NCBI GenBank assembly: GCA_038087875.1
Contig: CM075977.1
Span: 170,562,001-170,626,000 of the forward strand
Origin: Malacoraja senta
Lineage: Eukaryota
Direction: 5' to 3'
DNA: 64,000 bases
Every line of letters begins with the position of its first letter. Position 1 is the stretch's first letter. This document shows positions 26,011 through 39,702 of this stretch, in pieces. A program made the position numbers and the translations under genes. The notes beneath the pieces were generated by a model. It saw only the letters and a program-made list of their open reading frames with translations. It was not told where the DNA came from and searched no databases.

Positions 26011-29000
26011 CTGAAACACATTCCTGATTGACATAAAGATGTTAATAATTATTACAAAATGGCAGGCACATTGACTTTTCTTCCATTAAAATGTTTACAT
26101 GTGCACCATATGCGGTGCTTCCAAAAATAGGAGCTGTTCAGGAGCCAAACTTTACTGCAAATTGTGTTTTTGTACTTAATTGAGATGTGAACATTCACGT
26201 TTGTAACTAGTTACAAATTGCTTATCATGCTATGAATAATCCGATTATGCCTGAGAAAAGTACAGTGCTTTAATTTGCAAAGCAGTGTTTTTCCCATCTT
26301 AATGAATAATATACTAACGTGACTGAACATTCCCTTATGAAACATGCTGCCTTTCACACAACAGTGCTTTTTTCAAGCCGGCAAATCTCAACGGTTCTTT
26401 TGTTTATTTTCCATTCTCTTTTATTTGGAGCCACGAGTCAACAATGATTGGAAAAACTTTCTATTTTTAATCATTATTGTCTCAAAAACACTTCGACTTT
26501 ATTTGTGGAAATTAAACCTGCATAGCGTAATACGAAATGGAATAAAATGGAAAGTAAAGAAAAGCAGGAATCACTCAAAATCAAAAATATAAAAAGATTA
26601 TGAAGTATATTCAGCATATTGCCCACAGTTGTGGTTGCTCCATTACAGGAAAAATGTGGAGGTTTTGGAGAGGAGGTTTATCAGAATGCAGCATGCATTA
26701 GAGGGTTACAGCTATAGGGAGAGGTTGAATAGACTTGGATTGTTTTCTCCGAAGCAGAGATTTTTTTCTTTGACTATGGAACACAGGATGATTGATCTTT
26801 GTCCATTTGGTAATCATGTTTCTCAATAATGAGAACATTCTTCAATTCTTCTTGCTTTGGTTTTCTTTTTCATCTACCTGCCGTTGTCTAAGTAGTAACC
26901 TCTCTGAAGCCTATTGTTGCCGTATCGTAGATATCTTGCCCATGGGACTGCCATTATAGCACAGCACTGAGTTCCTAATACAAACTTTTTGCTTTTTTAA
27001 TTGACTGTGCTTATCTAGAATTACACAGAACATATAGCCTAGGAACAAGTCTTTCATCTGTTTTCATTTGTTGCTCAATCTTCTGTCAGCACATTTCATC
27101 AAAGCCAATCAACATACTCTTTTATTCTATTGTCCATCCAGTTTCCCCTTAAATACATCCACTTTATTTTCCTCACATACCTAATGTGATTGCAAATGCC
27201 CCAGTTTAACCACTCTTGGAAGACTTTGTCTTAATTATTGACTGGATTTATCAGCAGTTACCCCTGATCAGTAAGTGAGAGGTTGATGGTCACCATGGAC
27301 TTGGTCGGCCAAGGTGACCCGTTTCCATGCTGTACCTCTAAATGATTCCAACTATAAACTTGTTTTCGATATCCTCAAGTGGAAGCACAATCCTACCTGA
27401 CATCAAAACACCACAGTCCATCTCTTGTACTATCATGTGCTTGTTTTTTTTCTAATAATGCCATTGCACTGATGTCTTTTTGTTTGCACAGCTTTCCACC
27501 CCCAGCTCAGGACTGTTCAAACATTCATTGCTATTGAACATTTGTCTACTTTACTCTAGGGTCCTATACACTTGCAATATACACTTTCCCCCCCCAATAG
27601 TCAAAAGACTAAACTGCACATGAGCCAATTTGAAAAAAAAATTAAACCAACTTAATTAAATTGAATCAAATGAAAAGCTCTGATTACATTTTCTCTTAGC
27701 TGATTTCTCCTGTTTATTTTAATGGGAACGTTGTTCTTGCCAAGATTAACTGGCACAGGTTCAACAGGTAGATTTCCAAAGCAGAGAACTGGGGGTCTGA
27801 TGAAATTGGCACTCTGCCAGTGACTCCGTGAGGGAATCGCTCCATCGGCAAAGCTACACAGACCTCAGTGAAAGACCTGCCACAATGTTCCAGTTTTTCC
27901 TCATGGTCCCATCACTTTTAAATGCCCAATTCTTTTCTTTGTTACCTTGTGATGTATTCTCTACTCTTAATTTATTTTTGTGTTTACCTTTTTTTCCTTT
28001 GTGATCACAAAAGGTCAAACACAAGAAAAATTGACTAGCTTTCAATAAACTAATAGGCAAATACGTTAATCTGTGTTGCACGCTTATACAAAATTAAACA
28101 CTGAAATGTAAGTCGTACATACACATCAAAATAGATTCTACACATGGTTCAACACCACATTTGCATACAATGCAGATTAATGCCTCTGGTTATTCCCTCA
28201 AAGGCTGGCTTATTATTTGTTTAGTATACCATTTTATTAAAAAAATAAAGTTCAGTGGAAATAAATTCATGGTTCAAATGGCTCCATGGTGAAACAAAGT
28301 TTGCATTTAATGTGATCACAGGCAAGCAGTGCGAATTGGGGACTAAAGCTATCTAATAGATAGTGACCTGAGGGTTAATAGATCTCTTCAACATCGTGTG
28401 AATATAGTTTAAAAAAACGGAGCTGAAAATTTGTAGTCAAACAGATAATGCATCAAATGAGAAGCATATTCATTTCACATTTGATGGTGAATCAGGCCAG
28501 AAACATTAATCATGTTGGCTGCTGATTGACTTGTAACGCATCTTCTTTAACCTTACTTTGTTCGACATGGTGCATCTTAATTCAAGATTTTCTTTTTTAA
28601 CTTTCTCTTTAATCTCGTTTGCATGTACAAATTCCTGCCCCTCTTCTTACGCAATATTCACCATCTTAATTGTCAAGGTAAGCTATGCTCATGAGATGGT
28701 AAACTACAGACTAAAGAGGGAAAGGAGTTAATTAATGACTTCTCTAATCTCACCCTTGGAAACAAGTAAACCCACTGCCGAGTGCTGACTATTCAGAATT
28801 GCGGCCTGTCCAGAAGACAAAATTAGTCACCTTGCCATATTGTAATGGTATAAACAACAGTTTTATACAATGAACTATCCCATATCCTGTGTACAAGATT
28901 GGGACTCACTTCCTATTCTGTGCAACATGACTATTTTATTATTAAGTTGCCATCCATTCTTCATGGTACGATGGCATCAGAATGTGACTCGGTAATATAA

Positions 29001-32000
29001 AAGAGCAAGGAAAGTTCCAACACAAATCTCTGCACAGATCCCAGGGACCATCTGAATCAACATAGGACTGCTGGGTAACTCCATCAGTTCCGAGTCTCGA
29101 CTATTGAGACTATTTGAGTAAGAAGGTTCTCAACCCAAAACCTCACTTAGCCATTTGCTCTACATTCGCTGCCTGACCTGCTGAGTCCTTCCAGCGCTGT
29201 GTTCTTTTCCATTAGTTCAACGATCATGTGGACGCCAGCTTCAAATTCAGCACAGGCCTTGCACCTTCTAAATGCCACCTGAACTGGAACATCAGCTTGC
29301 TGGCACAGAAGGTCAAACCGGGCCAGATGTGGAGCACAAGATAGCTTTTGTCACCTCACCGTTGCATCTCTGCCAATGCCTATACTGTTGTCTGTTGGCC
29401 AGTGAGGTAATAGAGAACTCCCCAGCCAGTGCAGTCCGAGGCTGTTCTTTAAGATTATTCTCAGTCTTGTTCTTTCAGCCAGCAAATTCCCAATAGCCAG
29501 CTGCAGCCATTAGGAAGGCACAGCAGGGCCGCATATGGACATGCAAAGGATACAAGATTGTGTGCAAGTGACTAGATGTTAATTCTTAACAATTTAACAA
29601 AAGTTGATTTGTACATGTAGCTTGCAATATCAATTATGCCTGAAATATCAATTTTTCCCCATTGATTTCATAGGTATTGTGGCCACACAGAGTCAGTAAT
29701 AGTCACCAGCAGAGGGAAGATGTGGAATTTGTGAACTGGAAATCAAAGTTACACTCATTATGGTGCAACTGAGTGAGTTGGCTATGGGGAATATCCCAGC
29801 CAGAATGGGACCATCTCATTTGCCTCATCCCTTTCTCTTGCTCTTACACTTTATCCTGAGGCTTTGTATTCTTCCTGGTGTATTGCCAGTGGCAAAGGTT
29901 AAGGTCTCTCAAATGTATGATTGCTCAGTGTACACCTTGCATCTTGATATCTTACTTGGCAGCATGGTGAGGAAGCAAGTGGCTGGTTGGGAGGTTAAAT
30001 GGCCTCTGCAATTGTTTGTAGTGTGTCAGCGTAAGAACCTGAGGGGGTGAGGTGTGGAGGGGGGGATCAGTGGAAATTTAGAGAAAATAGAATAGGAAGA
30101 ATTAATATGTGTGTTTTTGATGGTTGGTCTCGACCCAGTGGGCCAAAAGCTATTTCCATGCCATACGACTTTATGAGCAGATATTTTGGCCCAGCATTTC
30201 ATGGGAACCTTGGACCACCTACTCTTCCCTCTCACGGTCCACATTACTGTTTGCACAGCTTCAGGCAGCAACAAAACAAAGACACAAGATGCTGGGGTAA
30301 CTAATTGTGTCAGGCAGCATTGCTGGAGAACATGGATAGGTCACGTTTCAGGTTGGGAGTCTTCTTCAGACTGATTATGATTAGCTGGAAGGGCAGAAAG
30401 CAAGAAGAGCAGAGGAGCAGAAGCAGTTTCTGTAGAAGGCGGAAAGATGATGAGAAGATGTGACAGGCGGTGAGATCACGTAGATCTGGAGAACATGGAT
30501 GAGTGACTTTTCAGGTCTGACCCTTCTTAGTATCTGAAGAAGACCCGCTGAGTTACTCCAGCACAATGTGTCGTTGTTGTGACTTGCCTGGTTTTGCTCT
30601 ACCCCTCCTCTCTTTTCCAGCTATATCCCCCTACTCCAATTAATCTGAAGAAGGGTCCTGATCTGAAACATCACTTGCCTATTTCCCTTTGCCTGTGCCG
30701 AGTTCCTCCAGCAGTTTGTGTTTTGTTCAAGATTACAGCATCTGAATCATTTTTTGCGTCTCCAGAGCAGCCCTTCTGGCTTGATGATGGGAAAAAAATA
30801 ACCTTCTTAAAAATGTAGATTGCAATGCCTTTTGGAAGCGAGGGTTATGTGCACCCTGAGACCAAACCAGGATAAATTCTTTAAAAATCTGGTTCCCATT
30901 GCTTTCTTACGGCTTGCAGTTGATTGGCAATGACAACAGTCCTCAGATTCATAATGCAAAAAACATCTGGAGTAGTCTGGCCTGGTGAGCAGGGTAACTA
31001 TCAAAGTGCTGATAGTTCAGCCAATACTCAACTGGCAATGATGCATAGGCCAGCAGAGCATGCACATCACTACGTCAGTCTCTGGGCTCGGCCACAGTCC
31101 GTGTACATTCTACATGCTGCCTATCAATGTCTTTCAATTGTAGAACAACTGTTATAAAACAAGCTAAACGGCAGAGTTATTTCAGTGCAAAGGGTCTGGT
31201 AAGCTGTCTTCCCATCCTCTGAGACAAATCTTGTATAGTCTTACCATTGGAAATCAATGCAGAATCATAATGTGTTACAGATTACAGCAGCCTGACAACA
31301 GTTACTTCAAGAAGTAGGTTCAAGAGCAGCTACTTCCCTTTACCCATCAGGTTCTTTAACCACCCTATTCAATCCTAAGCAGTTACAGACTACAATTACT
31401 TTTTGATCACCTTTCCGCCTTCCATAAAAACTGCTCCTGCCCTTCCGTCCTTCTAGCTTTCTTCCCCCCCTACAATCAGTCTGAAGAAGACTCCCAACCT
31501 GAAACGTGACCTATCCATGTTCTCCAGGGATGCAGCCTGACCCGCTTAGTTACTCCAGTACTTTGCGCCTTTTATGTAAACATCAGCAGTTACTTGTTTC
31601 TACACCTAGAATCTTAACACTTCTGGTTACAGAAGTAAAAGGGTATAGGGAAAAGGATATTTTTAAAAAATGGGAACAAAATAAAGTACTGGAGTAACTC
31701 AGCAGGACAGGCAGTGTCTCTGGAGGACATGGATTGGTGATGTTACGGGTCAGAACCCTTCTTTAGAATCAAAGTGTGGTGGCAACATTTGTTGAAGGAA
31801 CAATCACAGCTATGAAAATGATCGTCAAAGGAAGCAAAATGGGTCAATTTAAAATGTCAAATATTGGGGCAATAATATTGTTGGGAGTGTACTTCAAACA
31901 ACGGGGAGAGAAATCGGAGAGAAAAGAGCAGAGAGAACAATTGGCCAGTATCTTTTTCTTAGGATTGAAATGTCCAACACTACAGGACATATGTATAAGA

Positions 32001-32525
32001 TTAGAGGGGAAAAGTTTAATGGAGATGTGCGGAGCAAGTTTTTGTTTTACACAGAGGGTGGTGGGGGCCGGTTATACGAGAATTTTCCCGAACAGTCTGT
32101 GACCCATAGCGCTGTGGCCGGTAGCGCTATGTTTAAACAGAGGGCTGTCCGCTTAATGCGTGGGAATTTAAACAAAAAGCTGTCGGCTGCAGTGCTATGG
32201 GTTCTAAATATAATGCTACTGGCCACAGCGTTATGGGTCACAGACTGTAAGCCTGTGGGCCGGATGTAACGTGGTAAAGCCTGCGGGCTGGATGTGATGG
32301 CAACCAGACTGTTCGAGGGGTGGAATGTTTTATACGAGAATTTTGCCCGAACAGTCTGTGACCCAGAGCGCTATGGCCATAGTGCTTTGTTTAAAGCGCA
32401 TAGTGCTATGTTTAAAGCCCATAAGCGCTGTGACCGTTAGCGCTATATTTAGAACCCATAGCGCTGCAGCCAACAGGGCTTTGTTTAAATTCCCACGCAC
32501 TAAGCTGACAGCACTCTGTTTAAAC

Positions 32526-34776
32526 CTTTGCAATTGGAGAGGGAGAAGAGTAAATCGGAGGGGTCAGTGTTACAGTTGAATAAAGGGGACTATGGAGCCA
32601 TGAGGGAGGAGCTGGCCAAAGTTGACTGGAAAGATACCCAAGCAGGGATGACAGTGGAACAACAATGGCAGGTATTTCTGGGAATAATACAGAAGGTGCA
32701 GGATCAGTTCATTCCAAAGAGGAAAAAAGATTCCAAGGGGAGTAAGGGGCAACCATGGCTGACAAGGGACGTCAAGGACAGTATAAAAATAAAAGAGAAG
32801 AAGTACAACATAGCAAAGATGAACGGGAAGCCAGAGGATTGGGTAATGTTTAAAGAGCTACAGAAGATAACTAAAAAGGCAATACAGGGAGAAAAGATGA
32901 GGTACGAAGGTAAGCTAGCCAAGAATATAAAGGAGGATAGTAAGAGCTTCTTTAGGTATGTGAAGAGGTAAAAAATAATTAAGACCAAAGTTGAACCTTT
33001 GAAGACTGAAAAAGGTGAATTTATTATGGGGAACAAAGAAATGGCAGATGAGTTGAACAGGTACTTTGGATCCTTCTTCACTAAGGAGGACAATCCTTAG
33101 GACAAACAATCTTCCTGATGTACTAGTCGCCAGAGGATCTGGGGTGACGGAGGAACTGAAGGAAATCCACATTAGGCAGGAAATGGTGTTGGGTAGACTG
33201 ATGGGACTGAAAGCTGATAAATCCCGAGGGCCTGATGCTCTGCATCCCATGGTACTTAAGGAAGTGGCTCTAGAAATCGTGGATGCATTGGTGATAATTT
33301 TCCAATGTTCTATAGATTCAGAATCAGTTCCTGTGGATTGGAGGGTAGCTAATGTTAACCCACTTTTTAAGAAAGGCGGGAGAGAGAAAACAGGGAATTA
33401 TAGACCTGTTAGCCTGACATCGGTGGTGGGTAAGATGCTGGAGGCAATTATAAAAGATGAAATATCGGTACATTTGGATAACAGTGATAGGATGTTTTCT
33501 ATGTAGGATCAGTCTGCGTCAGCATGGATTTATGAAGGGGAAATCATGCTTGACTAATCTTCTGGAATTTTTTTGTGGATGTAACTAGGAAAATGGACAA
33601 GGGAGAGCCAGTGGATGTAGTGTACCTGGACTTTCAGAAAGCATTTGATAAGGTCCCACATAGGAGATTAGTGGGCAAAATTAGGGCACATGGTATTAGG
33701 GGTAGAGTGTTGACATGGATAGAAAATTGGTTGGCAGACAGGAAACAAAGAGTAGGGATTAACGGGTCCCTTTCAGAATGGCAGGCAGTGACTAGTGGGG
33801 TACCGCAAGGTTCGGTGCTGGGACCGCAGCTATTTACAATATACATCAATGATTTAGATGAAGGGATTCAAAGTAACATTAGCAAATTTTCAGATGACAC
33901 AAAGCTGGGTGGCAGTGTGAACTGAGAGGAGGATGCTATGAGAATGCAGGGTGACTTGGACAGGTTGGGGTGTGGGCAGATGCATGGCAGATGCAGTATA
34001 ATGTGGATAAATGTGAGGTTATCCACTTTGGTCGCAAAAACAGGAAGGCAGATTATTATCTAAATGGTGGGAAAAGGGGAAGTACAATGGGATCTGGGGG
34101 TCCTTGTTCATCAGTCATTGAAAGTAAGCATGCAGGTGCAGCAGGCAGTGAAGAAAGTGAATGGCATGTTGGCCTTCATAACAAGAGGAGTTGAGTATAG
34201 GAGCAAAGAGGTCCTTCTGCAGTTGTATAGGGCCCTAGTGAGACCACACCTGGAGTATTGTGTGCAGTTTTGGTCCCCTAATTTGAGGAAGGACATTCTT
34301 GCTATTGAGGGAGTGCAGCGTGGGTTTACAAGGTTAATTCATGGGATGGCGGGACTGTCATATGCTGAGAGAATGGAGGGGCTGGGCTTGTATACTCTGG
34401 AGTTTAGAAGGATGAGAGGGAATCTTATTGAAACATATAAAATTATTAAGGGTTTGGACCTAGAGGCAGGAAACATGTTCCCGATGTTGGGTGAGTCCAG
34501 AACCAGGGGCCACAGTTTAAGAATAAGGGGTAAGCCATTTAGAACTGAGACGAGGAAACACTTTTTCACACAGAGAGTTGTGAGTCTGTGGAATTCTCTG
34601 CCTCAGACTGCGGTGGAGGCCAGTTCTCTGGATAATTTCAAGAGAGAGCTAGATAGGGCTCTTAAAGATAGCGGAGTCAGGGAATATGAAGAGAAGGCAG
34701 GAATTGGTTACTGATTGGGGATGATCAGCCATGGTTACATTGAATGGCGGTGCTGGCTATTGTCTATTGTCTATTG
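32526..34776 (+). mobile_element. 5'-truncated CR1 LINE (RT region), disrupted
   Basis: ORFs 32528-32971, 33066-33506, 33575-33925 and 34064-34714 with [25 protein letters not shown]; (CTATTGT)n tail. Confidence 0.94.
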
Positions 34777-34950
34777 CCAAACCAGCAGCACTGTGTGCAT
34801 TGCTTTGCGTGCCAAACCAGCAGCACTGTGTGTATTGCTTTGGGAGCCAAGCCTGTAGCGCTGTGTGTATTGTTTTACACACCAGTCTGCGGCTGATAGC
34901 GCTTTGTTTCCAAAGGGGGTGGGGGTGTTGCTCGGATGCAGTCCCCAGCC

Positions 34951-35036
34951 ATTGGTTGTAGTTTGAATTTGGGATCAGCGCTATTGGTCAGGATTTACCG
35001 GCAGTCATTTCTATCACTGATTTCTGCCTGTATAAA
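34951..35036 (+). promoter_or_regulatory. Putative LTR Pol II promoter (two inverted CCAAT boxes + TATA)
   Basis: ATTGG at 34951-34955 and 34983-34987, TATAAA at 35031-35036. Confidence 0.55.
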
Positions 35037-35384
35037 GGTAGGCCATAAGGTAGTTCTTGACGAGAGCGGTTCACCGACGGGCTGGGTTGCGATTAGCGCC
35101 GCGACAGAGGCTGAGAGAGAGGGAGGTGTGCTGCTGTAAGACGGCCCACGCGCATACCGAGGTAAGTATTATTTTACTTCGGAGTCACGTGAGTGACTAC
35201 GTGAAGAACCCGTCCAGTACGCATGCGAGACATTAGCGTTCACGCAGTGCAACAGCGACGAACGGGAGTACAGGCGCTCCCGCTACAAGTTTAAAAAAGC
35301 GGACCATCAGGTAAGTACTTACTCTGAGGTCGTAATTAGGAAGCTTTGCTCTGCTTTGTGAACTCCAGATTGAGAAGCTGGAAA

Positions 35385-36630
35385 ATGAGCAAAGCACGGC
35401 AAGGGAAAAAGACCGGCCCCCGTTCGACTCCAACAGAACAGGAGTGTCCCATCAGTGGCGGGCGAGAGGCGGCATCTGGACCGCACACGCTGCGGTCCAC
35501 AATCATTGATACCGAGCCGAGCCCAGTACCGCTAGCGCAGCCTGACCAACAGCAGCGGACTGGAGGTAAATCAAAACGAAAAACTGGTAATCTCTGATAA
35601 CTCCGACGAGGAAGACTCTCCGCCTGAGAGCGGCAGAGGTAGCCGCCTGAGCCGCATGGAAAGGCTCATGGAGCAAATGCTCCAGCGAGACTTGCTTCGG
35701 GAGCTGGAGCAGTCTCGCCAAGGGAATTCAGGCACTCCCGCACCAGTGCCTTACAATGCACTGGCCATCGCTTCCCCTTTGCCGAGGGCAGCGTTGGCGA
35801 CCAGGGCTGGGCTGGTCAGGAACAGGGGTCATTGGCCGAAGATGTCGGGAGTACGCATGGGGTACAGGACCAGGAAGAGCTGCTGGGTGTGGTGAATCAC
35901 TACGTGGCTACACCACAAGCAGGGCGGCTGTTGCAGCCAAAACTGGCGGCCAGCATTGACTACCTGTCCCTCAAACCCCTACAAGAACAGGTAGTCAATG
36001 AGGCACTAGAACTCTACTCGCCTCCGGAGAACTTCATTTCACTCAACGTACCGGCCGTTAACTGGGGGTACGTTGGACAGAGTATCCGGAACCAGGAGCT
36101 AAAATTACAGCGTATCCTCAAGCTCCTGATGACAGGTATAACATCCTATGCTCGTTCTGTGGAAGGGGTGGATATGACCACCAACCAGCAAGACACTCTG
36201 GCTCTGCTGTGCAACACTCAATATGAGATAAACAACCTCCGCAAGGAGATAATAAGACCTGCCCTCAATCCCAAGTTTGCAGGACTGTGCAAAACACCGG
36301 CCTCAGAGCCACAGATCCTGTTATTTGGTAAGGACTTGTCAAAACAAGTAAAAGACCTGGAGGAAGAGTCTAAAGCATTCGGCCTCATGAGGGCAGGCCC
36401 CGGAACGAGCAGACCCACACAACCCAGATGGCAGTACCCCACCGCGTCCACCAGTCGACGTCAAACTTATGGGACTGGTGAAAGCTCGGGGTCCGCATAC
36501 CATCCCCGAAAGCCTTTTTTAGGCCAGGGCCCAGAGGGCCCCATGGAAAATGCGCCACCCCCAACCAGCAATACATCCAGCAGCACAACGACGGATGAAG
36601 AAACCGAAGAAAGGAACACTCCCATAACTA
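35385..36630 (+). pseudogene. DIRS gag-like ORF1 (frameshifted)
   Basis: MSKARQG... then PENFISLNVPAVN..LQRILKLL...EINNLRKEIIRPALNPKF..LLFGKDLSKQVK. Confidence 0.7.
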
Positions 36631-38555
36631 TGGAGGTAGGTGGGTCTAGTTCCCACCAGCATATAAAAAGTGGGGGAACTGTACTAACAGGGGGGAGATT
36701 ACACCTGTTCATGGAAGCATGGAGGTCTATCACGAATGATAGTTATATACTTAACAGTATTCGTGGATACAAAATAGAGTTCATTGAAGAAAATATGCCA
36801 CCAGTTCGGCATGCACCCCAAAGGGTCTTTACCCTCTCAGTCAAAGAAAAACTAGAGGGTCAAGCAGAACTGGTGAGGTTACTTACAAAGGGTATTATTG
36901 AGAAATCCAAACATGAACCTTTGGAATTTGTCTCAAATATATTTACCAAAAACAAAAAAGATGGTGGTTGTCGCATCATCATTGACTTAACCTCACTAAA
37001 TACCTTTGTTAAGTATATACATTTCAAAATGGAAACATTTGTAACTGCCAAACAACTGATTTCCAAAGGATATTTTATGGCAAGCATTGATTTAAAAGAT
37101 GCCTACTATACAGTACCCATTCAAAATGATCATCGCAGATACCTGAAATTTACCTAGATGGGGCAACTATGGCAGTTTAAAGCGTTGCCTAATGGGTTAA
37201 CATCAGCCCCAAGACTATTTACCAAGATATTAAAACCAGCCTTGGCAACATTAAGAAAACAGAGACATATTGTCATGGCATATCTAATATTCTAATAGTA
37301 GGCAAAACCATGGAATTGGCTAAATCAGCTGTATTAGCTACCAAACAATTGTTTGAAACCCTGGGATATGTCTTACATCCAGATTAAGTTGACGCCATCC
37401 GCAACTATGGACTATCTGGGATTCACAATTAACTCAGTCCACATGTCTGTAACATTGCCAAAAGATAAAGCAGCAGAATTGGCACAGACGTGTAACAATT
37501 TAATGGTTAGCGATCGACCAACCATCCGACAAGTGGCAAGAGTAATTGGCAAAATGGTAGCAGCATTTCCAGCTACACAATTTGGACCTCTGCACTATCA
37601 AAACCTACAAAAGGCAAACGTACAGGCGTTAAAACGACATGCAGGTCACTTTGACCGAACCATGAAATTACCCATTGAAGCAATATCAGAGTTACAATGG
37701 TGGATAGAGCACATTTGGCATAGTTCCAGCCCTATCATCATCAATAACCCAATGTTAACTATACAAACAGATGCCAGTGCTCAAGGCTGGGGAGCAACTA
37801 ATACCATATCCAGCACAGGTGGTAGATGGACTAACCTAGAATCATCTTTACTACAAACACTGGGCATAAATTATTTGGAAATGTTGGGTGTGTTTTATGG
37901 TTTAAAAGCATATTCTACGAATATGCACCATTTGCATGTTCGTTTACAGATTGATAATACCATGGTGGTGGCCTATATTAACCATATGGGCGGCATAAAA
38001 TTGATATCATGTGACAATTTGGTCAACATAATCTGGCAATGGTGTGTCAATAGACATATTTGGCTATCAGCAATTTACCTACCAGGTAAGCTAAATACAG
38101 TGGCAGACACCAGGTCACGCAAATTCAATGATAACACCGAATGGATGTTAAATCCTAAAGCTTTTGCTAAAATTACAAAGCAATATGGCACACCAGATAT
38201 CGATCTCTTTGCATCCAGACTAAATCACCAGGTACCAATGTATGTCGCTTGGGAACCTGACCCTGAGGCAGCAGCGATAGATGCATTCGCGCTGAACTGG
38301 GGAAACTATTTATTTTATGCTTTTCCCCCCTTCTGCCTCATCAGTAGGGTCCTACGCAAATTACAGATGGACTCTGCTTCAGTAATTTTGATAGTACCCG
38401 ACTGGCCTACACAGCCATGGTTCCCAGTGGTCCTCGACATGGTCATCGAAACTCCTATGACCTTTCCCAGTAGCCCAGACCTATTGACTCACCCGGTATC
38501 AGGCATAAGTCATCCATGCCATGACAAAATTAACCTACTGGGTTGCAGATTATGA
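36630..38555 (+). pseudogene. DIRS RT / RNase H / DNA adenine methyltransferase-like ORF
   Basis: GGRLHLFMEAW, KKDGGCRIIIDL, SIDLKDAYY, TDASAQGWG, INYLEM, DNTMVVAYINHMGG, NTVAD, DIDLFAS...YAFPPF...WPTQPWFP; stop at 37155-37157 and frameshift near YLDD. Confidence 0.9.
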
Positions 38556-38559
38556 AAAG

Positions 38560-39240
38560 ACCACTGCTGGGCCTGGGATTGTCTGACAGGACCATCAACA
38601 CGATGACAGTGTCCCACTGTATGTCCACCAGGAAACAATACCTATCGAACATCAGGAAGTAGGATAGATACTGCTCAAATACTGGGACAACATACTCATC
38701 TACAACCATAACCAATGTACTGGAGTTCCTGGCCGGCCTTCACCATAATGAAGGACTGAGCTACAGCGCCATCAATACTGCCAGAAGTGCCCTGTCAGCC
38801 TACTTAAAACAGGCACCAGGACAACAGGCCATAGGGTCTCACCCGCTGGTGATCAAACTCATGAGAGGTATATTCAACTCCAACCCCCCTAGACCTAGAT
38901 AACTCAAATCTGGGATGTCAGTGTGGTCCTGACATACCTAAGGGGATGGTCACCAGCCAGGTCTCTCATCCTGGAACAGCTAACCCTGAAAACGGTCATG
39001 CTGATGGCACTAGTCTCAGCACAAAGAGTCCAGTCCCTCCACTTACTGCGACTGGACAACATGGTTATAACACCAGACCGGGTCTCATTCACCATTCAGG
39101 AGCTGGTACAGCAGAGCAGGCCAGGAACTTCAGGCCTAGTTATGGATTTCCGGGCATACCCACCTGACCCACGGTTATGTGTCATGACTCACTTACTCAC
39201 TTACATCAACACAACAAGAGATTCCCGAGGGAGAGAAAAA
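38560..39240 (+). pseudogene. DIRS tyrosine recombinase, N-terminal two-thirds
   Basis: VLEFLAGL...LSYSAINTARSALS...HPLVIKLMRGIFNSNPPRPR..WDVSVVL..L...LTLKTVMLMALVSAQRVQSL; catalytic H-x-x-R/Y region is missing. Confidence 0.85.
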
Positions 39241-39561
39241 GCCCTCCGTGCCCTCCGCTCCCACCCTCAATTATAGAGATCAACTGGTATCTTAGTTCTC
39301 CTTTTCTTTACTATGTTTATTTCAATTATTGTGTTTCCTGTGATTCCACACCGCTGCTTTGAAGTATGTCGCGCATGCGTGCTGGACGGGTTCTTCACGT
39401 AATCCCTCATCGTAACTCCTCATAAAAACCAGATCAAACTTCAAACTGGTAAGTTCTCGTTTAATCTTACTATTTTTGTTGTCTCGTGATAATAAAACTG
39501 ATTTGTATCTTAAAGGACAAGTGTGCCTTTTATCCGTTCTACTAGTCAGATCCTTGAACCA

Positions 39562-39702
39562 ATGTTCAAGAAGGAACTGCAGATGCTGGAAAATCGAAGG
39601 TAGACAAAAATGCTGGAGAAACTCAGCGGGTGCGGCAGCATCTATGGAGCGAAGGAAATAGGCAACGTTGGCTGAAGAAGGGTTTCGGCCCGAAACGTTG
39701 CC
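39562..39702. mobile_element. 141-bp hammerhead mini-element with perfect 15-bp TSD
   Basis: TSD CAGATCCTTGAACCA at 39547-39561 and 39703-39717; antisense PLE 3' repeat joined to CTGAAGA-A-GGGT-TTCG-GCCC-GAAACGTTGCC (39672-39702). Confidence 0.9.

Larger units (their letters stand above)
35173..39476 (+). mobile_element. DIRS1-type tyrosine-recombinase retrotransposon, with deletion of the YR C-terminus/ICR region
   Basis: Inverted terminal repeats ~35174-35234 / ~39365-39425 plus right extension; TATTTT at both junctions with no long TSD; gag, RT-RNaseH-MT and YR in DIRS order. Confidence 0.92.

Noticed and set aside
32070-32525. Parvovirus/Polinton-like terminal hairpin of an endogenous virus
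   Set aside because: No NS1/Rep, capsid or polB coding nearby; the TSD, CA end, TATA and poly(A) signal fit an LTR better
35832-37157. 441-aa gag-RT fusion as a novel protein
   Set aside because: Most likely a frameshift in this decayed DIRS copy joining normally separate, overlapping ORFs
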